Under the pieces are notes generated by a model, which was not told the DNA's origin, did no database searches, and worked only from the letters and a program-made list of their open reading frames with translations. The translations under genes and the position numbers were made by a program. Below, piece by piece: positions 53,535 through 64,000 of a stretch of 64,000 nucleotides of DNA (position 1 is the stretch's first letter; the number at the start of each line of letters is the position of its first letter). The DNA comes from Selaginella moellendorffii (Eukaryota > Plantae > Lycopodiophyta), in assembly GCF_000143415.4 (NCBI RefSeq), contig NW_003314267.1, positions 868,322-932,321 of the forward strand. Reading direction: 5' to 3'.

Positions 53535-54812
53535 TTAGTGGCTGGGGACACTAGGCTGGAAGGTGTAATCTTCCGAGTCCTCTTCAAACTCGAAGTCGAG
53601 GGACGGTAACTCGATTTCTTCCGGGTCCGAGTTTGATCTCTTGGAGCTCTCACTGTCCGTCCAGTCCCCCAGGTAAGATTTTGGAGACTCGCTTATCTCG
53701 CTGATTTCGTGGACGACCTTCGTTTCCACCGCTGCCGCTTGGAAAGTCGGCTGTGGCTGCAAAGGTGGCGCAGAGGAAGCAGAGCTACTGACCCTGGCGG
53801 AAGGCTTTGAGAGGGAGTACGTCCAGGCGATGGCTTTCGAAGACGAGGAGCCGAGAGGGCCGAAATTTTTGTTGGCACAGTCGTAGATCTTGCATGGGGT
53901 GGTGGCAGCAACTAGCTTCCTTGAAGGTGGCGGCGGCGGTGAGCTGCTGGATTTCCATGACTTGAGCACCGGCAGCGAGCTAATCTGGAAAGTCCGCGAG
54001 GCAGCGACGAGCTTCTTCTGTTTCTTCTTCAAGTGCTTTCGCTGCTTTCGATTCATAGTTTGCTGCTGTTCTTCCTGTTCCTGATCACCATGTGTCACGT
54101 TGCTGGTGGAAGCGTCGTTGCCAGAATCTGTCCTGAGAAGTTCCACCATTGGAAGTGGAGCCAGCTTCAATCCAACAGCGACGAGATCCTTGACGTCTTC
54201 GCTAGAACGAGGTGGCGCCGGAGGACGGGCGTCTTCTACTACCATTAACTCGCGGGAAAGGCCAGGGAAATCTACCAAGGAAGCGATACAGGGCTCTTCG
54301 GGGATCTGAGACGATGCCTCTACGACCATGGGACTGGGAGAAAACTTCGCGGGGGATTGCGAGAGGGAGGATGAAATGGCGGCTAGATCGAACTGTACTG
54401 TCTGGGACCCGGTGGATCGGCGAGTAACCGGCCTCCATTCCCAGCGGGACTTCCTCTTCACGACCTGGCCTAGATGATAGTGCCTCCTCCTATGAAAGAA
54501 ATGCATCTGACCTCTCGCCCGACGATCCAGCGGCGCCTTGGAAGACGAAGACCCTAGCTTAGCGAGGATGACTCCGACCGATGCCGCGAACAAAACCAAT
54601 GACGCTATTGCGCTGGTGTGATTGCCGGAGCGCGCGGCGATGAGCGCCGCTGCCAATCGCGCCTTGTCCTCCGATAATCCGCCAGCGCAGCAGCAGCTAT
54701 GGCGGCAGAAGGAGCAGGAGCAGCCAGAGCTGCTAGCGTGTTGATCCATCAATGTAGCCGACGAGGATGCTGGCGCAGCCGCTGCCGCTGCTCCTGCCGC
54801 TGCTGCCGCCAT
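53535..54812 (-). CDS. Hypothetical Ser-rich protein with one predicted TM helix and a basic patch
   Basis: Long intronless ORF; first ATG at 54812; hydrophobic AIASLVLFAASVGVILA; acidic tail. Confidence 0.6.
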   Translation of the reverse strand: MAAAAAGAAAAAAPASSSATLMDQHASSSGCSCSFCRHSCCCAGGLSEDKARLAAALIAARSGNHTSAIASLVLFAASVGVILAKLGSSSSKAPLDRRARGQMHFFHRRRHYHLGQVVKRKSRWEWRPVTRRSTGSQTVQFDLAAISSSLSQSPAKFSPSPMVVEASSQIPEEPCIASLVDFPGLSRELMVVEDARPPAPPRSSEDVKDLVAVGLKLAPLPMVELLRTDSGNDASTSNVTHGDQEQEEQQQTMNRKQRKHLKKKQKKLVAASRTFQISSLPVLKSWKSSSSPPPPPSRKLVAATTPCKIYDCANKNFGPLGSSSSKAIAWTYSLSKPSARVSSSASSAPPLQPQPTFQAAAVETKVVHEISEISESPKSYLGDWTDSESSKRSNSDPEEIELPSLDFEFEEDSEDYTFQPSVPSH

Positions 54813-55008
54813 AGCTCCAAACCCTTGTGTCGGAATTGGGGCGCGCAATTCCAAAAGAGAAGCGGATATCGGTTCCCTTCAAGAACCCTAAAAATGATAC
54901 CGTAAAAGATTCTCATTCGACGCGTCCGTCTTGCCACGTGGCATCGTATTGTAAGGGCGGGCGCGGTTTTTTCAAAATCCGCATATCCGCTTTTCAAATT
55001 ATAGATTC

Positions 55009-55885
55009 CTAGCTTTTTGTGTATCCATTAACCCTGAGATACTCTCGCGATTTCTTGTCAGCCAGCCTCACAGGCTCAGGAACCCTAAATTTGCACAGCT
55101 TTCTCACAATCTCCACGCCAGTCTCCAGCGAAATCCTATGCCCGGTCGACACAAACACTGGATGCACGCACTCTCCGGTGCTCCGCAGCGCCGATCCCCA
55201 AACCTTGCCCGATCGCCCCACCAGATCCATGGCGTCCCCAGCTCGCAGCAGCGAATTCCTGGCGCTCCTCTTCACCTCCCTCTCGGAGAGCCCGTCCACC
55301 TCGAACAACGACTTGGCGATTCCCAGCGTTGGAACATCGGCAAGAACACCCAAATGGCTCGCGAGCCCGAATCCTCGCGGGTGAAGCACGCCATTCCCGT
55401 CCACCATGAGCAGCTGCGGGAAGATCTCTGGCCGCGAGGATTTCATCCGCGCGAGGAGACTGAGCAGCGCCGGGCTCTCACGGAAGGCCAGGAACCCTGG
55501 AATGTAAGGCATGTCGAGCGAGACGATCTCCAAATCCTCGTACACTGTCGCCATTGTGACCGCGTCGATCACCACCAGCGCGCTGCAAGCCACCGTCTCG
55601 TTCTCCTTGACGAAGCTAAGATCCATCCCACCGATATATTTGAGTTCAATCTCTCCCTTTCCCTCGCAATCTTGCTTCGATCCATCGAGGCTTGGAATCG
55701 TCGAGTAATTCGTGCTGGCTCGGCGCGCTAGAATCGACCGCTTCTTCCTTTTTTAGGGTTCTTGGCTCACCATAGCCAAATTTCTCTGGAATTACCCATG
55801 GGAAGGAATCGCTACAAACCAGTCTTTGCTTGAGCGCCTGCTGCTCCTGAATCCACAGCTTCTTCTTCGCCGCCTTCTCCTCCAT
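55009..55885 (-). CDS. Endonuclease V, 2 exons
   Basis: YIGGMDLSF, PYIPGFLAFRE, LMVDGNGVLHPRGFGLASHLGV, IGIAK-like LGIAKS, VFVSTGHRISL, RVPEPVRLAD. Confidence 0.95.
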
Positions 55886-55925
55886 CAAAAGAGCCCTAAT
55901 TTCAAACACACCGCGCGCAAGAACC

Positions 55926-56822
55926 CTAATTTTTGCCAAACAGCCCACTCAAGAACTTGGCCGACTTTACAACCGGGGAGTTCGCCGCCACGCGATTGTA
56001 GAGCGCATTCTCCAGATCTTCCGGCGATGGCCGCCTACTCAGGCTCAACACGCAATCCATCTCGCTGCCTTCCTTCAAGAACACTCGCCATGGAGTGTTG
56101 AGCGGGACCTCCTTGAGCACCGCGCCTTCTTTCCTGCTCAAGAACACTCTGATCGAGAGAGGGATGAAGGAGTATGCGACCTGGAATGCATCACACGGCG
56201 CCGCGAGCTCTTCCTCCAGCGACCACTCCGGATTGAGCACGACGATTGCCCTGCCCCCGGAACTCCCCAAGATCCTCCCCACCGGATCAATCTCGGCCGA
56301 GCCGGGAGCCACGATCAGCACAAACGCCGCGTCCTTGTGGATCGCAAAATCGTAATCGTCCTGGAGGTTCTCGAGCTGGAGCTCTGGAAGAACCCTAGAA
56401 TCGGCGCTGCGCCTCCTCTCCGCCTCGGCCGCCACGAATTCTTGCAGCAGCGCCGTCGGCAGCACGAGACAGAGCTTGGAAACACCGGCATTGGCGATCA
56501 GATCGAGCGCGAGCGATGCTAGGGTTCGGTCGTCGCCATCCAGGACTGGGATCTCGATCCGGAAGCGTGACTGCTGCTGGATCTGGGCTTGGCGCTTGGA
56601 AATCTTCCGCAGCGTCGATGGCTCCGCGCGACGTTTCAGCGGTGCCTCGAGAACCGCCCAGAGCGAAGCGCGCGCCTGCTCGATCGTCTCCTCCTTGCTA
56701 ATCGGCGGCAAATTCCCTGTCCCATTCTTCACACTTGCCCTACATGTCCAAGAAGAAGAAGGGGGCGATGAAGAAGAAAGGTTCATCGATATGCCCAGCG
56801 CAGGCATAGCAATTGCCGCCAT
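55926..56822 (-). CDS. Plastid-targeted DUF1995/LPA3-like protein, intronless
   Basis: Ser-rich transit peptide; PPISKEETIEQA, RFRIEIP, VVLNPEW, AYSFIPL, PWRVF, RRPS. Confidence 0.72.
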   Translation of the reverse strand: MAAIAMPALGISMNLSSSSPPSSSWTCRASVKNGTGNLPPISKEETIEQARASLWAVLEAPLKRRAEPSTLRKISKRQAQIQQQSRFRIEIPVLDGDDRTLASLALDLIANAGVSKLCLVLPTALLQEFVAAEAERRRSADSRVLPELQLENLQDDYDFAIHKDAAFVLIVAPGSAEIDPVGRILGSSGGRAIVVLNPEWSLEEELAAPCDAFQVAYSFIPLSIRVFLSRKEGAVLKEVPLNTPWRVFLKEGSEMDCVLSLSRRPSPEDLENALYNRVAANSPVVKSAKFLSGLFGKN

Positions 56823-56877
56823 AGCCAAGACCTTTGCAATCACGCCATGTGGCAAGAATAACGTGTCCTGTGATTGT

Positions 56878-56887
56878 GCCACGTGGC
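56878..56887. promoter_or_regulatory. Palindromic G-box GCCACGTGGC in the divergent promoter between the DUF1995 and BPS1-like genes (another copy at 54933-54942)
   Basis: Exact 10-bp palindromic G-box ~55 bp upstream of the DUF1995 ATG; function inferred. Confidence 0.5.
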
Positions 56888-57042
56888 GATTTCCATAGCA
56901 TCCGACCGTTGGCAGGGTCAAACGCGTAACCGAGTGGCAAGAGCCCTAGGTCTTGATTCCTAGGTAGCGAGTCCACAAAATCGGCTACTGCGCGTTCCGC
57001 GGGATGATCTTCACAAGCTGAGAAACAGCTGGAACGCTCGCC

Positions 57043-57930
57043 ATGGATCAGGCGCTCGCTCCTCCGTCCACAGGTATGGGATTCCTCAATCTCCACTGGA
57101 TCTTGCAAGGCGTGGACGCGATGCTCGCGGTGCACGCCGATCTCCAGCGCCTGCTGCTGGAAGCGCTGGGAATGCCGGGGAAGAGGGATCGAATTCTAGT
57201 CTCGGTGTTCGTGGATGACAACGCGAGGCAGCTCGAGACGATCAACGCTGTGAGGAAGGGTATGAGCGTAGCGGCGCAGCACAAGATGAGGATCAAGTAC
57301 GCTCTCAATCTCGTCAAGAGCGCGGCGATCTCCAAGGAATTGGAAGTCGCCAGAGCAAAGATTTATCTGGAGGAAGTGATCGGCGAGATCGAGAGGAGCA
57401 GTGAGGTGAATAACACGCATACAGGGAGCTGGCCACTCGATCAAGACAGCCACCATTACCGGAAGCTCAAGCTCGAGAAGAAGTCCAACATATCCACGAT
57501 TGCAAGCAAAGCCATCGAGGCCAACTTGGTGAGCTCGCTGGTGCTGGGGGCGCTGCTGGTGGCCTTGGATTGCAGTGCGGGTCTCTCGATCACGCCAGCT
57601 ATCCCGATCCCAAAGAACTTATCGGGGGGATTTCCAAGCTTGTGGGAGGAGCTCAAGGAAGAGGCAGAGGCAAGGCGTGGGAATCGTTGGTCTTCGGCAT
57701 TTCTGGAAGGGATTTGCTCGTGCTTGGGGCAGATCGCGGCGCTGCTGGATTCTTTGCTGCGGAACAAAGCGAGAAGAGACGATGACGAGCTCCAGATCAA
57801 GCAGCTCCTCCAGCTCGCGCACAAGAAGCTCGATTATCTCGACAGCGGCTTCCAGATTCTCGAGGAGCAAATGGGCGATCTCTTTTCCAAGATGGTGGCA
57901 AACCGGAAGGAAATTCTCTCGATTGCGTGA
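57043..57930 (+). CDS. BYPASS1/ROH1 (DUF793/DUF241)-like helical protein, intronless
   Basis: FVDDNARQLETINAV and LEEQMGDLFSKMVANRKEIL resemble the family's N- and C-terminal motifs. Confidence 0.6.
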   Translation: MDQALAPPSTGMGFLNLHWILQGVDAMLAVHADLQRLLLEALGMPGKRDRILVSVFVDDNARQLETINAVRKGMSVAAQHKMRIKYALNLVKSAAISKELEVARAKIYLEEVIGEIERSSEVNNTHTGSWPLDQDSHHYRKLKLEKKSNISTIASKAIEANLVSSLVLGALLVALDCSAGLSITPAIPIPKNLSGGFPSLWEELKEEAEARRGNRWSSAFLEGICSCLGQIAALLDSLLRNKARRDDDELQIKQLLQLAHKKLDYLDSGFQILEEQMGDLFSKMVANRKEILSIA

Positions 57931-58089
57931 CGATTCATATAGAAGAAACATCATGTGTAAAACCATTTGTAAATTGATTGATTGCTTCGTCAAGATGGAA
58001 ATATTCCTCTTGCATTGACTAGAATATGCGGCGCTAGGAGTGAAATTTTTTAAGGGATCAAAGTTTTAGGGTTCCTAGTGGAATAGGCG

Positions 58090-59466
58090 ATGGGAGAAGG
58101 GATCACGGAGGTGGATCGGCTGGAGGCGCTGGTGGATGAAGGCGTCGGCGATGTTGCTCGGTATCTAGCTCTCATTCGCAAGCTCAAGCTGCGCAGATCT
58201 AGTAAGGTCGCCAAGCACGGGATGGAGCTGCTTAGAAATTCCAGCGCCAGGGCCAAGCTGGGAGCTGACGGTAAGGATGTTTTTCTTCGATCTGAGCGTC
58301 AAGGATGAAAATTTCTCCAAATGCCTGGCAGTCTGGACCGTGTACGAGCAGGTTGCGATCGCCGCATTGGACTGTCAATGCTTGACCGCTGCAAAGGTAA
58401 GTTTTTCCTTCAGACTCTTCGATTGTTCTATGAGAGGTTTGGATTATTTTGCGTGATCGGCAGGAGTGCATTGGAGCTTTGCTGAAGAAGTTCCCGGATA
58501 GCACTCGAGTGGGTGCGTGATGCAAATGTCATGCGTGTGCTTTTGTTGATGCGAGATTTTTCTGACAAATTCGGGTTTCGATCAGGGCGTCTGGAAGGAA
58601 TGTGGTTTGAAGCAAGGGGATCGTGGCAACAAGCCGAGAAAGTCTATGCTAGCATTCTAGAGGAGCACCCGACTGATGCAGTAAGCTTAAAACCTCTTGT
58701 GGATTTCTCCAAGGTTTTTTAACTTTTGTGCCTTGTCCAGAGAATACTTAAGAGAAAGATAGCGATGGCAAAAGCTCAAGGAAACCTGATGGGTGCAGTT
58801 GATGAAATGAACAAATACCTTGAACTGTAAGCATTTTTTTTTTCGTTTTTCTTTTTTTGTTGATGCTTAGTTGTGTGTCAGGTTCATGGCTGATCACGAG
58901 TGCTGGAAAGAACTCGCAGACGTTTACCTCGCGCTGCAAATGTGAGTCGTCTTTCCGACGCGCTGAAATCACTGAAAATGCCTTCCCAGGTACAAACAAG
59001 CTGCATTTTGCTACGAGGAACTCATCTTGGTACAACCCGCGAATGCTTTGTTTCACTTGGGGTATGCCGAGGTACGCGGTTTTGTGTGTGTGCGTGCTCA
59101 ACAAAGTCTCAACCTTTTTGGTCTCGCATTTTGCCAGATTTTGTACACGATAGGTGGCTTGGAAAACTTGAAAACAGCCAAGAAATACTACGCATCGGCG
59201 ATTGAGCTAAGCGGAGGCAAAAATATGCGAGCTCTCTACGGTGTTTGCCTCGTAAGTCCTGCAAAGGTTTTGAGATTGAAAAGACAAAAACGTCGGTCTC
59301 TTTCGCGCAGTGCGCTGCTGGGATCAACCAGGCCAAGGGCCGGAACGTTAAAGACGAGAAAGAGAACTCTACCGTGCACACTCTCGCGGCCGACGTGATC
59401 AAAAGGGAATACAGATTGAAAGCTCCAAAGAAGGCCAGTTTGGCGGCTTCCATTTTGGAGGCTTGA
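58090..59466 (+). CDS. EMC2: ER membrane protein complex subunit 2 (TPR)
   Basis: WTVYEQVAIAALD, KKFPDSTRVGRLEGM, YLELFMADHECWKELA, AFCYEELIL, RALYGVCLC. Confidence 0.92.
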
Positions 59467-59982
59467 CGAAGTGCTTAAAACGCGAGCTACCACTGGGAGA
59501 GAACAAATGGGGGTCGCATCCATCCAATGGTAGCGATTTGTTTGATATATATCAAAGTATACTAATATATTCCTTGTCCGGATTCCAAAGTCTCATCCAA
59601 TTTTCTTAATGTCAGACGGAATGTGCTGCTCGAGCTGGCGGAATATGTCTGTTTGTAGGCAGAATGTGCGAGGAATAAAGTACGCCGCTGACGGAATATA
59701 ATGACGTAATATGCTGATGGAATCTTACGTGGCGCGCTGTGAGCCGTTGGATAAGCATCCGACGGTCCATACGCGGACATGCAAAACCCCCCGGCCCGTG
59801 TTGTTTACTTCGAGGTTGAAGAGGAAGGGCCGTTTAGATCACAGGTCGAGAGCGCGCCTCGCTTTTTTTGGGCCGCGCCTAGCTAGGTAGGGATCGCGGC
59901 TTTAAATCTCTCGCTCCAGAGGTAATCTCATTCTTTGTCGGCGGCCTTGCAGATCCTCGCCGAGTTTTCGCTGCTTCTGCCA

Positions 59983-61962
<1,980 letters not shown>

Positions 61963-64000
61963 GAAACAAACGCGGCCAGTTTTGTATGCGCTAGTGAAGG
62001 AGCTGACTATTTATATTTTTTCAAAGACACCACCAGTATGGATGGAAACTATGGTTGTTACTGGAAATAAATCACACACACAAGACGAACCATATGAAAA
62101 TAAATCAACGCCGTGGAATGAAAAATGCTTTGCTTTCTCAATGGTTACGAAATTCAAAGAAAGATGATTGTTTTGATTATAATTAAGTGGTAACTAAATT
62201 CCACAGCCATATTCTGGATAGCATTCAACCTTATTGTGACTATGAATGCTAAAGAATCTGGATGACCCAAGATCGGTCCTTGTACAGTATAGCCTGGACA
62301 TTCACATTGCTTAACAAATAGAGACCCAGCATGATAGAAATGGTTTCCTGCTAATTGGAAATGTCCTAACATTTATTCTATACCCCATGAAGCTCCAACT
62401 TCAGCTGTCAGAGAACAAAAGTAAAGGCCTATTATTCACTCAAGATGCACCTTTCAAAGTGGATTGTCAAGATTGTTAAAGAAGATTACACTTGAAATGA
62501 AGGAGCTCAAGGAGCTGAGTTTATATTCACTACTCCATCAGTAGCATAAAATAGTTTGAGCAAAATCAAAAGTGTTTTGGCATAAAAGTTAACTATAAAT
62601 AAAAGGGTTAACCTAATTTTTAATTTACTAAAATATTTATAATAATAATAATAATTTTAAAAAAAACAAGAAGTGTGAGAAAAACTCTAGTGCAAAACCC
62701 CAAAGTTCATGTGCTCTTCAAGGATTTAACATTTCATTCTTTGAAATTCCTTTTTTTCTACAGGGTATACTATTAAAGGATATGGCAGTGATCTTTGAAG
62801 CTGGTGACTCTTAATTGCTTCAAAATGCCTGTGGGTGAGAACTAAAGTGTCTTATTAATCACGGTCATTAGTCAGACACTAGTTTGAGTGATGCAATTGG
62901 AAATCACGTTTGCAACTTTTGCAGAGGAAAAAAAAAAACTCTAATCTTTTCTTCATTTGGTTTTTATCATTTAGTCATGATTGTTTGTATTAATTCTTTC
63001 AGCTAGGAATTCTATATGCAACATGTAGCTATCAGCTGGTCCATCAATGCACTTGTTGGCAAGTGCAAAGGATGTGTGTGATTGGTTGGAGATAGAAGCA
63101 TTTAGGTATTGCTTTAAGTACAAGAAAAAAATATAAACAATATTCCACAGCTTTGGAAATCTAGACATCTTGGCTTGACTATATTCAAGCTCATGTATTG
63201 GTATTTTTTTTGGATGGCAAAAGAGTGTGATATTGATCCTAAAGAATATAACATCAGGAATAACTACTGTAACAAGGAAAAAACACTTGATGGTGATGTC
63301 AAGGAGTATAAACACTAATTTATTGAGGTTTGGAGTAATGTCAAGAGATAAAGAATTCTTTAAATCTTATCAAAGATATCTTACTTCACATAGGTATGAA
63401 TCAATCACATATTTATCATTATTAATTGTTACAATGTAGTGATGATTTCCATTCTATAATACAATAGTTCTTGGCATGTTTAACATATCAATAGAAGGTT
63501 AATAGTTTATTAAAGTCATGGGAAACTTATTAATCTTGCAAGGATGATTTCTCTATGACTAATTTAGAGTATATCAAACCTAATCTAAATCCCTGGTGTG
63601 GCTTTTAATGCTTTATTTATCAAAAAATTTTAAGAAGTTGATTTTGTGAACTAGTTATTAAAAATCATGTAAATACTTTATTTATGGATTTGTATGTTTA
63701 CAAGTTTTGCAATCTTTGCTTTATTCTTATAGATATTTATAATGAGTTGTTAAAGTTGCAATGTTTTATCAAAGACGTAGATGTGAAAAAAAATCCCAAA
63801 CAAGATTTTATAGTGATGTTAATTAGGGCCCAGATGTTTTTGCCAAAACCATCAATCAACTTGTCAATAAAGTAGTCAACATAATGATTATCAAAGTCAA
63901 TATTTCAAAGAAAAAACAATTATTGCAACATTAGGGCTTGAAAAATAAAGATAGCAAATGAAGTTAAGAAGCTTTATTTGATGGGTTGTAAACCACGTAC

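Noticed and set aside
62154-64000. Short ORFs in the AT-rich right end
   Set aside because: Frequent stops and no recognisable domain; may be a decayed gene or transposon but cannot be supported

Overview
Gene-dense land-plant nuclear DNA. Introns are mostly 50-65 nt and intergenic gaps are often under 200 bp, which resembles the lycophyte Selaginella (organism is inferred, not proven). Bases 1-2130 are nested small LTR retroelements, including a Cassandra-like TRIM whose LTRs carry a 5S rRNA promoter segment, followed by a long TA microsatellite. Recognisable genes are: GT92 galactan galactosyltransferase, phototropin, class III peroxidase, PP2-A10-like, COQ6, Tic32-like SDR, DIVARICATA-like MYB, TauD/clavaminate synthase-like, PLS-class PPR, RING-HC ligase, MAP4K-alpha kinase, ZNRD2/SSSCA1-like, 2OG dioxygenase, plastid Hsp70, HisRS, Furry/TAO3, class 3 lipase, endonuclease V, DUF1995, BPS1/ROH1-like, EMC2 and plastid GAPCp. 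The most unusual items came from manual splicing: (1) a multi-exon gene for a single-chain protein with two tandem retropepsin-like aspartic protease domains, head-to-head with plastid Hsp70; (2) a secreted precursor with four tandem CC-x6-C-x3-C modules; (3) a secreted PEBP-fold protein with a remodelled pocket, plus a decayed copy; (4) a stray plastid SecA gene fragment; (5) extreme gene packing, including overlapping stop codons and a 40-bp tandem gap. All homology calls come from motif recognition by eye; no database searches were run.
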